Positions 45,421-59,100 of a DNA stretch of 64,000 nucleotides are shown here, one piece after another. The DNA comes from Monocercomonoides exilis PA203 (lineage: Eukaryota > Protista > Preaxostyla), in the NCBI GenBank assembly GCA_001643675.2, contig LSRY02000019.1, positions 124,001 through 188,000 on the forward strand, written 5' to 3'. Every line of letters begins with the position of its first letter. The first letter of the stretch is position 1. The notes beneath the pieces are model-generated. The model had not been told where the DNA came from. It saw only the letters and a program-made list of their open reading frames with translations, and made no database searches. The position numbers and the translations under genes are program-made.

Positions 45421-47975
45421 ACTTCTTTTTTTTTGTTTATCTTCCTTCAAAACATTCAAATGAGGGAGAGAAACAGGAGAGTCTGGAAAGTTCAAGAAAG
45501 AATCAGAAGGAGAAGGACGATTAGAGAATGAGATGTTGAAGCATTAGAGAAGAGAAGAGAAGAGAAGAGAAGGAAGAAGAAGAAGAAGAAGAAGAAGAGA
45601 CATGATCAGAGAGCAACTGGCCGGTAATAGCGAGAAAGAAGGGGGAAAATCTCTGTATTGTTCATTCTTTGTGAAGAAGATGAAAGAGACAGATCTTAGT
45701 TCGTTCAACTTATTTTGAGTGGTTGCATAGATGAGGGCATGCAAAGGAAAAGGATTGAAGAGGAAGGAGAAGTCAAGTGTGAATGGAGGGCTTGATAGGA
45801 GAGTAAAAAAATGGAAAGGAGAGCCCAATTGAGAAGAAGAAGAAGAAGTATTAAAAGCAGAAGAGAATGCTATTGAATCTGTGAATGAGGCAATTGCTCT
45901 GGAAAAATGTTTGTGTTTTCTTTTCAAGCTTCAGATCAACAAGTTCTGCGTAAATGTCATTTTTATATTTGTACGATTCTTCCAAACACAGAGGCCTAAG
46001 ATGAATGAATAATCGTTTGTTTCCTTTGATGATGTCAAATAATTCATTTTTTAGCAACCGCTGTTGCTTGAGGCACTTCTTCAACTCTGATTGTATTTAA
46101 TTAGGTCACTGTTGATTAATTATTTCATTGTCAAAAAACGCCTTCTATTTTCTTTGAATGGTCCAAAGCAGCCTTTCCTCTTCATTGATGATTATCTATT
46201 GCAGAACTTCGTTTGCAACATCATCATTCACGAAATTTTTGTATCTTTTGATGACTTGTCTTTTCTCCTTCCATTTTTCATTCGTTGGTAATACTGCCTT
46301 CGGACATGTTATCGATTCATAGAGATTCACGAGGCAGCTCGGCATTTCTCTTCGTTCAAATGTGCACGTTTAATGCAAATGGAGCGATGTATTGTTGGAG
46401 ATGATGGCAGTTGAGAAGAGGCCGATGAAGTTACAGTTGATATGGGCGAAGACAAAGAATAAGTCAAGGCATTCGGTGATGAAAGCATAAACCATTCACT
46501 GAAAGCTGAATTTGTAAGTTTCTTTCCGTCGGTTATCAGAATGTGCAACATGTTATCTTCCGCACAGTCTTCATATTGGATCGAAGACTATCAAAATCTT
46601 TTAATAGCAATCATTGCATGTGCGGATAAAAATCTCGATTATCACGGTCTTAATAAAGGTTATTCCCTTTTTTATTACGAAGTGATGCAAAGAGTATATA
46701 TCCATTAGTGCCTTATTCCCACACTGCTGAATAAATTCTGTTTCTGATCGATACAACTTTTTTGACTCTTTATTTTAACATATTCTTTCGGAAATACTTC
46801 CTTTTGCTCTGGATAATGAAAGTTCAATATAGGTTAAATAGGCCGAGACTTCAGCAAGAATAAAATATGCAAAAAATATTGAAGAAGCACTCTCTATTCA
46901 TTAGTGTTTTTTTTTCATTTTAATCGTTGTTGTCCACGTCTTTTTGACATAACCCTATTTCAGCAACGGATGTTTCAGCATTTCTGTTATCTTCTTTGTT
47001 TGCTGATTGTTGTTGAACGTTCACAATTGCTGTTGATCGTTTTCTTGATAGCTCCCAAAACCTTCGTATCTTCTCATCTTGTTTTTACACAATCACTGCT
47101 GTTTCTCTTTGTAAATTCTTGTGTTCAAAGAATCTGAATGAATTGCATGATCTCTTTCACCTCTAATTGCAACATCGAGAGTTTCTCCCAGAGCTTCTTC
47201 AAAAGCGTCAATCAAATAATTTTGAACAACAATTTCATGAATGATGTAACTTTATAAATTCATGATTTTTTGACATCCAATGTTACGTCCAATCAAACGA
47301 AATAAATGAAAAAATTATGTGGTACATATATTAATCAAAAACTTTCTCAAACTCCTTTTCTCAATAAATACATCTTAAATTTTTGACATTTGATTTTTCT
47401 TTTCAAAGACTAATTTGTGTATAAGAAAATGTATTAAATAAAAATGAAATAATTACATTAATGAAAGAAATCATATACAAAACAAACAAATGATTCACAA
47501 AAATTTCACTGCTTGTTTGTATAAGTTTGTGGAATGATAAAGAAACCCAGTTTTGAAAATCAAAATGTTGTTCGCTGCATGTTGAAACTTCATTGAAAAT
47601 ATGTTAAACAAAAAGAGTAGATCACAACAATAAATAAAACTTATTCAGCAAACATTAACAACTTGAAAATAAAAGAAATGCGCAAGAAGCTTATCACTAA
47701 TCTGAGAGTTCAATCCTGCCACTTAAATGAAAGAAAATGCTATTTCTCCTCTATATCTTTAAAACTGCAAAATTTTTTTATAAATAAGATTGTGACAATC
47801 CCAAAAAAAAAATGCGTTCGAAGGACACAGACATTTTTGCATGATTTTGAGCAACAATAGATAAGAAGAAACAGCTTGAATTTTCAGTGAATATATTAAA
47901 ATGGGCCTATTTGGATAGAATAATTTTTTGTTATCAAACTTTGACGAGTTATTAATAACTCTCAGAAACTTTATG

Positions 47976-48009
<34 letters not shown>

Positions 48010-48219
48010 GTGACGGACGAGTCAAAAAATGATTTGTCAGGTCAGACAGGTTTAAATAGAATCATGTTTTTGGTCTTTTATTATCCAACACTTAAAGAAA
48101 AAAAGAAAATAAATCAAAACCGAAAATTTTTATTTTAAAAACGTTAAATTTTTCACATGTTTAAATATTGTTGAATTTTTGTTAAGAAAAATATTTTCTT
48201 AAAAAAAAAGATACTTCTG

Positions 48220-48459
48220 AGGTTATTCTTTTTGAAAAGTCGCAAATGTTTAATTTTCAAATAAATTAAAGATAACATATTTTGTTAAATATTTTGTTAA
48301 CAAATATGAAACCTCACAAATATGGAATCTATTTTTGGATAATGCTATTTCATACATTTTTTAGAAGATTCTTGAGTGAAAACAGAAATTTGAGCAAAAT
48401 ATGAAATATTTGATATATTTGAAAATTAAACATTTGCGACTTTTTTAAAAGAATTACCC
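48220..48459. mobile_element. MITE family B (about 240 bp, long TIR ...TTCTTTTTGAAAAGTCGCAAATGTTTAATTTTCAAATA)
   Basis: Inverted termini of more than 40 bp, ending GAATTACCC. Second diverged copy at 61640-61876. Confidence 0.8.
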
Positions 48460-49029
48460 ATTTCAACAAATAGCATTTTTTTCCCACTATTTTTTCTTTA
48501 ATTTTTCTTTTTCTTCATCCTTTTCAAAGCTCGAAATAATATTTTAATTTATATAAAAAGTTTTTTGAACAAAAGAAAGGTTTTTTTTTTGCAACATTCA
48601 TTTTTTCAATAAGAAATAAAAACAGGAATGCACATTCGAAAGATTAAAAGATTAACAAACAACCAATAAAAAAAGGAATATGTCACAGAGTTTTGCACAA
48701 TATTTTGTGACCATATCTGATTGAGGCTGTATGCGATGTCTCTTTTCACAGAAAAAACGAAATCATTGATTCAAAAATGATATATTTACAAAGCAATTTT
48801 TAATCATAATTAGTGAAGATTCTCACAAAAACTCGTTTTTCAACAAAAAACATTTTTGGTGAGTCACACTCCATTATGTTGACTCTTTTCAACGATTTAT
48901 TGATTAATCTTTAATAAATAATTTCGACAAAAATGTTGATGTTCCAGAGAAAAAGTCTCAGATTGAATTTTTGAATGTGATGAAACGGGTAATTCTTCTT
49001 GATTTCATAAACTTTTCCGAAAATATTTT

Positions 49030-49280
49030 GGTGATTATTTTTGAAATCATAACTTTTTTCGGGGTGTTCATAATTATGAATTTTCATTGTCGTGAGTTAA
49101 AAAATTATCATTCTAATGAAAAATGTTTATTTATCGTTTCAAAAGCCACAATTTTTCTCAAAAAAAGTTTAGGCATAACGAAATAGTTCTCTCACTTTTT
49201 AGTGTTCATTAATGGATATTCATTTCAAATATCCAAACCCAAAATTTTGACAGAAAATATTGTTTCAAAAATAATTACAC
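49030..49280. mobile_element. MITE family A copy (opposite orientation to 25042-25297)
   Basis: ggtgattatttttgaaatcataacttttttcggggtgttcataatt matches the reverse complement of the 25297 end. Degenerate right TIR tgtttcaaaaataattacac. Confidence 0.7.
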
Positions 49281-49741
49281 ATTACTATCAAAATTTTTAT
49301 CAGAAAAACATGGATATCAATCCAGTGATGAAAATGATCATATGTTACGATTGACTTTATTCTTTAATAACAAAAGATTCATAAAAAAATATCACTTTCA
49401 AAGAAAAATATTTATTTACAGAAATTTTGTTATCATTCACGTTTTACAAAGAAATAATTTTCACCACGAAAGAAGACACGATTTCAAAAACAATCACGAA
49501 AAATACTGGTGAATAATAACAACAGCGGAATGAAAAAATACACGAATTTTCTTTTGCTTTTATTGTGGCAGTTGTGTTATGAGAAAATGAGGATAGATCT
49601 TTTTAATTTTGGTGAGTGGTGAAGATCCAATAACCAAGGAGAACCAAAATTTTTTTTCAAATAATTTTCGTTTTTGATATTTCTTTTGTTGTTAACCACA
49701 ACCCAAATGCATTCAAACTGGATAGAACTACATCGAATATT

Positions 49742-52700
49742 GGCATAGGTTCAAACGCGTTCCTTTTGCAATTTGCGTTTTAAAACCCTCAAATCATAAC
49801 AAATTAATAGATAATAATTATTTAAAAACTTTTTATGGACCGATTTTTTGAAAAAAATTTTTCTTGTTGAAAAAAATGATTTTTGAAAAATGACCCATAA
49901 AAACATGAATTTCATTGAAAAATATTTAAATTGTAAAGAAAACGTGATTTTTACATGTCCAATGTGTTTTTATTATAATATAAATATATTTTATTTGTTA
50001 ATTTTCATCATTAACAATAATGATCATAAAAAATTTTTTTATTAAATATTTTTGATCTAACCCACAATAAAATTTTTTTGTCTGGAAAAGTTGAATATGC
50101 TGTTTAAGATGAAATCGAACTCAATAGTTTGCCATCATTTCATTTTTATATATAAAATTTAACATATTATTATATGTGCACTTGTTTTATATTGAAAACA
50201 GCTTTTATTATCAGTGACACAAACGCATGCATTTTCACTTCCATGTTGTTAAGATGAAAGATTAAAATTTCAAAATTGGTAGCAATGGAACGCAAAAGGT
50301 ATTGTATGGTTCTTTTCATCAAATAAATATTTATTTTGCTATTTTCCTGCAAATATTTACTTGTTCTTTTGTATATTAATATTTTTTTGTATTAGGCTCG
50401 ATCATGGCATGCTTAAATAAATCAATGTTGCAAAATTAAACATTACTTACACAAAATAGCTCAATGTTGAGAAATAAAAACATGTACTAAATAAAAGTTT
50501 GGTTTTTTTTATCATTAAAAAAAGAATTGTTTGAATTTGATTTATTTAACTCTAACAGTGAATTTGATGTTGTGATATGTAGAAGCGAGGAAGAACCATG
50601 CCAAACGATGTAGAAATGGATGGAAAACACGGAAAAGGAAAGTGGAATGAAAACAATTCGGATTGATGGATCGACTGTTATTCGAGATTCATTCAACATG
50701 TTCAATTATCAGATCAAAAAGAGTGTAAAGATGGGAGAAGAGAATATGAAAGCGATATTGAATTTTGAAAAGGCAATTGGAAGTCAGCTGGACCATTACA
50801 TGGTGAATGATGATCATCTAGAATTGTCGAATATCCAACTCCAACTGAAATCTGGATTTGACAATTCAGCTAAAACGATTATTTCAAACAAAGGAGGAGA
50901 ATTGGTGATAAGTGAATGCTCATTCCGTTCAGAGGCTGGAGTGAACAATGGATTTGATTGTGTATTTGTGGATGTGATTGGAGGTAGTGTGGAAGTGAAT
51001 GATGAAAAATCATTCACACAAGAATGACTTGTTGGATGTTCGAGTTCGCTGACAATGAGGAGACTTTCATTTGCTGTGAAAGGTCAGTTGAATTCAAGGA
51101 GAAGTGCATTCATCCATTCAACATCAACACTCAGTGTGACGAACTGTTCAATCTCATTTAAAAGTGGGACATTAACAAATGGAAAGATAGGATACAGCAT
51201 CATTGAGATGGCAGGAGGGAATCTGGTTGTTGATGGATTTGTGATGGAAAGTGGAGTGACACAGAAGATGAATGAGAAATCGCCAATAATGATGACAAGT
51301 GGAGTTGAATTGGAGATATCAAACAGCAGAATGAGTGGAGTGGAAGTGATAGGGGTTGATAGGGGATGTTTGAATGTTGAAATGAAGGAAGGTGGAAACG
51401 TGGATATTGAAGAAAGCAATTTTTAATCAACATGCTCAGGTGGAAATGGAATGAAAGGAGGAGGGATGATGATATCAGTTGGAAGCGGAGGAATATTGAC
51501 AGTGAGTGGAGTGAATTTGTCAGAATGTGAAGTTCCATCAGAGGATGCTGAGAATGGAGGGAGAGGAATGGGAGGAGGGATGTTTGCTGAACTTGCCAAT
51601 CAAATGGGAACGTTTTCATTGGAGAGCATGACATTCAGTGAGTGCAATGCATGGAAAGGGAAGAATGTGTTTGCTTCTGGATGGAATCTGATAGAGATTG
51701 TGAACAAGGAGCACCTGAAATGGGAAATGAGTGAAGGGGAGTTGGGATCATTGGATGAGTTGTGTGGATGGGAGAGGAAGACAACAGGAGAGGATGGATA
51801 TGTGATTCCATTGGTTGTGTATTTGTGGGATAATTGGAGTGTGAATGGGTTTGTTTCGAGAGAGAAAGGAGGAGACTTCAGTGGTTGTGGGTATTCAGAA
51901 GCTCCATGTTCATCAGTTGATCACTTATTTTCTCTGAGATATGGTTCACTTGGAGAAGGGGAATCACACATCAACATTGTGGGATCAGGATTGCTTCAGA
52001 AAGCAATATCATTTTTATCATCATCATCATCAGATACACCAGTTGTGAAGATTGAAGGAGAGACAAATGGAACAGTTTTGAGGATTGAAGAAGAGAAGGA
52101 AAAAGATGGAGAAAATAGAGAGGCAATGGTTGCTTCAGAAGTGATCCTCTCATTTGTGAATGTTTCATTTGTTCTACCGAATGTGCTTGTTCATCATCTG
52201 GCATTCATCAAATCGTCGTCAGGAGATGGGGCACTTTCTGTGAGAAGCTGCTCATTTGTGAGTGAGGATGCTTCAAAAGAAACGAATTTCTGTTTGGTGA
52301 GAGTGGATGGAGGAAGCGTGGAGATCGAAGACTGTGCCCTGAAAGAATTCCATTTGTTGCAAGGATTTATGGAATTGTCCTCAGATGTGAAAGTGGCAGA
52401 TGTGATGAATCTGTCGATCAGTTACACGAGTGTTTCTGGAAGAAGTCTGATATCTATCAGTGAATCCGCTCTCTTATCAGTTAGATCATTGAAAGAAGCA
52501 ACAATGTTGAAAAACAAAGTGAATGTGGATGAAGATGGAATGCTATCGATGAGCGTGAACAGCTCATCTTTCACAAACATCACATGCAATTACAATAGAG
52601 CCGCAATTGTGAGTGCTTATTCATTTGAATGTGAAATGAGATGCTTGGTGGAAGGGTGTGTGATGACGAAGTGTCTGAGTGAGTGGAGCGAAGAGGGAGG

Positions 52701-54148
52701 AAGGATGAAAGTGAGTTTGAAGAGCAGAGGGAGTGAGTTGAGAGTGAGTGGCTGTCAGTTTGGGATGTGCATTTGTTCCATTGTGAAGGGGGAGAGGAGG
52801 AGGGCTGATGATTGATGCATCTGGCCTGGGTGAAACACAGACAGATACAGTAGATGCACCATTTTTGGGAATACTGATCGAGAGCACCAGATTCACAATG
52901 AATGATGCGTTTGTGGGGAAGGATGTGTTCATCCGGCGCAAGTGGATTGAAAAGCAGATCAATGAGAAGCTGTTCTCGCTGGACTTCAGCCAGGATGCTC
53001 TGAAGTCGAACAACTCGATTTGTGGAAGCGACGAAGAGAAAAGAGATATTGATCTAATCCCGCTGGTCACATTCTATTATGGCCAGCAGGTGTTTGTGGA
53101 AGCGAATGGGAGGGATATCAGACAGTGTGGAGAGCAGACGAATCCATGCAAAAGCATCAGCCATGGAGTGTCTCACATTCAAAAGGGGATCATGAATGTG
53201 ATTTTTATTGATGGAGAAGGGGACATTGGAGGAGAATGTGTGATGGGAGATGTGAGTGTGAAGCCAATGAAGAAGGTGAAGGCAACAATCCGTTTCAATG
53301 CAACTGTTCAAGAGATGGGAAATGAAGGGGCTGTGATTGTGTTTGTGAATGAGAGTGTGATGGAGAAGTGTTTGTTTGTGTTTGGAGAGGCATTTGAAGG
53401 GGTTGAGGAGAGTGCTTTGAAAGAAAAGGATGGGAGATTGGAGATTTCAGATTGCTTTTTCAGCTCGTCAGCAATGGATTTTGTGATGAAGAGCATGATT
53501 CTTCATGTGGAGAGAGGAGAGCTGAAGATGAGCGAAACATCATTCAGTGGAATTCATTCATCTGTGCCACTTCTGTCATTCTGTGGAGAATTGGGTGTGT
53601 CAATTGCTGAGACACGAATATCGAATATCGAGTGTGAGGGGGAAGTTGTGCGAGTTGGGGGAAAAGCGAAGGCAGAGATGAAGGAAGTGATGTTTGAGAA
53701 TATCTCAGTGGCTTCTGGAGGAAGCGTGATGAAGATGGATGGAGCTGAAAGGGGGTTGAGTGTGCTGAACTGTTCCTTTGCGAAATGTCGGAGCACAAAC
53801 AAGAAAGGAAAGATGATGAGGATATGTGAGTGTGTAGATATGAGAGTTAGATTGTGTGTGATTGATGGAGAGGAAGGAGATGAAAAAGAAGGAAAGCATG
53901 GGAATGAGAATAATGGAAGAGGTGAAGAGATTTGCAGATGGGATGGATCTCTTGTGGATGTAGTGAAAAGTTCTGTTTTGATGAAAGACACAACAATCTC
54001 GAATTCACCAGAAGGTGGAATAACTATAAGTGGAGAAAATATGTAGATGAAAGTCATAAACGTTTAAAATTATTTACTGAGACTTTTTCACTTTGCAGAA
54101 ATCACAATTGACAATTTTTCTTGTTGTTTATCGTAATACAATAACTAT
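49742..54148 (+). repeat. Left arm of giant inverted repeat (4407 bp)
   Basis: Mirror of 56105-60510. Paired ORF coordinates sum to 110252 (110253 beyond the 1-bp indel at about 52790). Confidence 0.97.
50558..54046 (+). pseudogene. Captured fragment of a multicopy Cys/Gly-rich, beta-helix-like surface protein gene (left copy, extra frameshift)
   Basis: Repeated CG....PC motifs (GCGYSEAPCSS, QCGEQTNPCKS), GGGMMI/GGGMF motifs. Stops at about 50610, 51025 and 51424; frameshift at about 52790; ends abruptly at ISGENM. Confidence 0.8.
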
Positions 54149-54201
54149 TTTCGATTTTTTTTTTATATATATAATGAGCGAATAAAAATAAAGATGATGT
54201 G

Positions 54202-55886
54202 TTATCGTGAAATTGGGAATTGTTGCGTTCCTTTGTTTAATGCATTTGTTTGACTTCTCAAAGTTTTTTGATTCATTATTGAATACAACTTTTTCTTTTC
54301 TTTTTTCTTCATCTCACAAATTTTATATTCTTTTTTTTCGCAAAAACTTTCTGTTTCTTTTTCTAAATTTGATGCAAGTTGGTTTTCATCTTTTTTGCAG
54401 AATCTTCCATTGCTTGACCTTTTTCTTTTTATTTTTCTTTTCCGTGGTTTTAAATCATTTACATCAAATTCAAAAATATCCTCATAACAGTCATTTGTTT
54501 TTTGTTCATCATTATCATCCATTTCGCTATTTTCCTCAGTATTTTGAAGCTTTGGAATGACGGCACAGCTTGAGCCTGATTCATCATTTTTTCATGTTTA
54601 ATGTTTTGTGCATTTTCATTTTCCTTGTCAGTTCTCTCCTTTTCTTCATCTTCTTTATCATCGAATAAATTGGAATGATTTTCATCATTTGATATGTCAT
54701 CTTTAGCATCATTGCCTTCATCCTCAGATTCGTCGATTAATCTTCTTTTCCCCTTTTCAGTAATCACTTTGGATCCTATTTTTTGTAATTTTTTCTTCTC
54801 CTTAAAGAAAGCATCAAGCTCGTTTTCATCCAATAATGTTGCATCTTCATCTTTTTTCTTCTTTTCTTCTTTTCTCAGAATGTATGATGATAACTTGAAC
54901 TTTCTTTCTTTTATTAATACCGTTTTCGTTTTAATTTCACATTTATTATAAGACTCCATGTAATTGTCAAAGTCCCTTTTTTTTATTTTAGAAATATCAT
55001 CGAGAAAACTGTAAACTGTTCCTTTATTATAAATTCTGTACTGAAATTCGTAGGTATATTCTTTTGTTTTTTCATAGGTTCTTCCTCTGATTGGGAGATG
55101 ATGTTTTAAATGTGACCACATGCTTTCTATTGTTTGTGAATGAATTGTTTTGTCAGCTGGATCAGAAAAATGCTCTGAATGATTAATACTGTAATGCGTA
55201 TATCCACATTGCTTAATTCCACTATAAGCAGACCATTTGTCACTGTAAATTTCCGAAGATATATCAATGTTTTTCTTAATGAAATATAACAATGTTTCTT
55301 CTGTTCTATCTGGGACAAATTCAAGTTTTAATTTTTGCGGCTTTCCTTCCACTTTTCTTTCAACTGCTCCCCACAGCCACTGCTGTTCTTTAACTCTTCC
55401 TACCCCATTTTTTCTTTTGTGAATCAGTGTTTCATCCATTTCAACTTTTCTGTTTTTTCCTATTTTTTCGGTATCAAGCGCTTCAAGATAACAGCAGATA
55501 TTACGTAATCTTTTGAAAAAGCTTGAGATTGTGTTCTTTGATAGTTTTGTTTCTATCACAACCTCATTCACAGAATGTTTGTACCAAAAGTGATAAAACA
55601 ATGTCATGACGTAGTAAGGCGATAAATTGAAATCCATAAACAAAGATTCATGATTCCAACTGTAAAGTTTTCCACACGACGAACATTTGAAAGTGTAATA
55701 ATCGCATTCTGGTTTTTTCATTGTCAGATTCATCTCTTTTTCGCATTTCCAGCATTTGAATGACTTTTTAATGCATCCCATCGATGACAAAATATCTAGA
55801 GCTAATTTATTATTCCCATTTGACATAACAAGAAATTCGCAAAAAGTTAATTTTTGAATATCTTCTTTGTTGTATTGAGTCTCCAT
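54202..55886 (-). CDS. Merlin transposase (DDE_Tnp_IS1595/ISXO2-like) with N-terminal zinc ribbon; probable 1-bp frameshift in the C-terminal tail
   Basis: CWKC...CSSC, VEMDET, WLWGAVER, VPDRTEETL, IYSDKWSAY, INHSEHF, HSQTIESMWSHLK. DDE core intact. One extra A in the run at 54587-54592 would join the ORF to 54202-54522, which has NLS-like KPRKRKIKRKR. Confidence 0.93.
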
Positions 55887-56104
55887 GTGACAGAAATTGG
55901 AAAATATATTTTTCAATTTAAATTATGATAGTCAAGTTATGGGAAATTTTTTTGTTACAAATATCGAAACTGCTTTGAAAGTATTAATTTTTCATTTAAA
56001 CCGTTAATTTTCAATATGCTATTTTCACAATATAATAATTAAAAATATTTATATGTTTTCAAAATAATACAAAACGAAATGTGAAATCATTTTAATAATC
56101 AAAT

Positions 56105-59100
56105 ATAGTTATTGTATTACGATAAACAACAAGAAAAATTGTCAATTGTGATTTCTGCAAAGTGAAAAAGTCTCAGTAAATAATTTTAAACGTTTATGAC
56201 TTTCATCTACATATTTTCTCCACTTATAGTTATTCCACCTTCTGGTGAATTCGAGATTGTTGTGTCTTTCATCAAAACAGAACTTTTCACTACATCCACA
56301 AGAGATCCATCCCATCTGCAAATCTCTTCACCTCTTCCATTATTCTCATTCCCATGCTTTCCTTCTTTTTCATCTCCTTCCTCTCCATCAATCACACACA
56401 ATCTAACTCTCATATCTACACACTCACATATCCTCATCATCTTTCCTTTCTTGTTTGTGCTCCGACATTTCGCAAAGGAACAGTTCAGCACACTCAACCC
56501 CCTTTCAGCTCCATCCATCTTCATCACGCTTCCTCCAGAAGCCACTGAGATATTCTCAAACATCACTTCCTTCATCTCTGCCTTCGCTTTTCCCCCAACT
56601 CGCACAACTTCCCCCTCACACTCGATATTCGATATTCGTGTCTCAGCAATTGACACACCCAATTCTCCACAGAATGACAGAAGTGGCACAGATGAATGAA
56701 TTCCACTGAATGATGTTTCGCTCATCTTCAGCTCTCCTCTCTCCACATGAAGAATCATGCTCTTCATCACAAAATCCATTGCTGACGAGCTGAAAAAGCA
56801 ATCTGAAATCTCCAATCTCCCATCCTTTTCTTTCAAAGCACTCTCCTCAACCCCTTCAAATGCCTCTCCAAACACAAACAAACACTTCTCCATCACACTC
56901 TCATTCACAAACACAATCACAGCCCCTTCATTTCCCATCTCTTGAACAGTTGCATTGAAACGGATTGTTGCCTTCACCTTCTTCATTGGCTTCACACTCA
57001 CATCTCCCATCACACATTCTCCTCCAATGTCCCCTTCTCCATCAATAAAAATCACATTCATGATCCCCTTTTGAATGTGAGACACTCCATGGCTGATGCT
57101 TTTGCATGGATTCGTCTGCTCTCCACACTGTCTGATATCCCTCCCATTCGCTTCCACAAACACCTGCTGGCCATAATAGAATGTGACCAGCGGGATTAGA
57201 TCAATATCTCTTTTCTCTTCGTCGCTTCCACAAATCGAGTTGTTCGACTTCAGAGCATCCTGGCTGAAGTCCAGCGAGAACAGCTTCTCATTGATCTGCT
57301 TTTCAATCCACTTGCGCCGGATGAACACATCCTTCCCCACAAACGCATCATTCATTGTGAATCTGGTGCTCTCGATCAGTATTCCCAAAAATGGTGCATC
57401 TACTGTATCTGTCTGTGTTTCACCCAGGCCAGATGCATCAATCATCAGCCCTCCTCCTCTCCCCTTCACAATGGAACAAATGCACATCCCAAACTGACAG
57501 CCACTCACTCTCAACTCACTCCCTCTGCTCTTCAAACTCACTTTCATCCTTCCTCCCTCTTCGCTCCACTCACTCAGACACTTCGTCATCACACACCCTT
57601 CCACCAAGCATCTCATTTCACATTCAAATGAATAAGCACTCACAATTGCGGCTCTATTGTAATTGCATGTGATGTTTGTGAAAGATGAGCTGTTCACGCT
57701 CATCGATAGCATTCCATCTTCATCCACATTCACTTTGTTTTTCAACATTGTTGCTTCTTTCAATGATCTAACTGATAAGAGAGCGGATTCACTGATAGAT
57801 ATCAGACTTCTTCCAGAAACACTCGTGTAACTGATCGACAGATTCATCACATCTGCCACTTTCACATCTGAGGACAATTCCATAAATCCTTGCAACAAAT
57901 GGAATTCTTTCAGGGCACAGTCTTCGATCTCCACGCTTCCTCCATCCACTCTCACCAAACAGAAATTCGTTTCTTTTGAAGCATCCTCACTCACAAATGA
58001 GCAGCTTCTCACAGAAAGTGCCCCATCTCCTGACGACGATTTGATGAATGCCAGATGATGAACAAGCACATTCGGTAGAACAAATGAAACATTCACAAAT
58101 GAGAGGATCACTTCTGAAGCAACCATTGCCTCTCTATTTTCTCCATCTTTTTCCTTCTCTTCTTCAATCCTCAAAACTGTTCCATTTGTCTCTCCTTCAA
58201 TCTTCACAACTGGTGTATCTGATGATGATGATGATAAAAATGATATTGCTTTCTGAAGCAATCCTGATCCCACAATGTTGATGTGTGATTCCCCTTCTCC
58301 AAGTGAACCATATCTCAGAGAAAATAAGTGATCAACTGATGAACATGGAGCTTCTGAATACCCACAACCACTGAAGTCTCCTCCTTTCTCTCTCGAAACA
58401 AACCCATTCACACTCCAATTATCCCACAAATACACAACCAATGGAATCACATATCCATCCTCTCCTGTTGTCTTCCTCTCCCATCCACACAACTCATCCA
58501 ATGATCCCAACTCCCCTTCACTCATTTCCCATTTCAGGTGCTCCTTGTTCACAATCTCTATCAGATTCCATCCAGAAGCAAACACATTCTTCCCTTTCCA
58601 TGCATTGCACTCACTGAATGTCATGCTCTCCAATGAAAACGTTCCCATTTGATTGGCAAGTTCAGCAAACATCCCTCCTCCCATTCCTCTCCCTCCATTC
58701 TCAGCATCCTCTGATGGAACTTCACATTCTGACAAATTCACTCCACTCACTGTCAATATTCCTCCGCTTCCAACTGATATCATCATCCCTCCTCCTTTCA
58801 TTCCATTTCCACCTGAGCATGTTGATTAAAAATTGCTTTCTTCAATATCCACATTTCCACCTTCCTTCATTTCAACATTCAAACATCCCCTATCAACCCC
58901 TATCACTTCCACTCCACTCATTCTGCTGTTTGATATCTCCAATTCAACTCCACTTGTCATCATTATTGGCGATTTCTCATTCATCTTCTGTGTCACTCCA
59001 CTTTCCATCACAAATCCATCAACAACCAGATTCCCTCCTGCCATCTCAATGATGCTGTATCCTATCTTTCCATTTGTTAATGTCCCACTTTTAAATGAGA

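Larger units (their letters stand above)
41218..48054 (+). mobile_element. hAT DNA transposon (6837 bp) with about 3.5 kb of internal cargo
   Basis: 21-bp TIRs TAAGCCTGTCTGACCTGACAA / TTGTCAGGTCAGACAGGTTTA (1 mismatch). Perfect 8-bp TSD AATAGAAT at 41210-41217 and 48055-48062. Shared subterminal motif TGACGGACGAGTCA. Confidence 0.93.
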
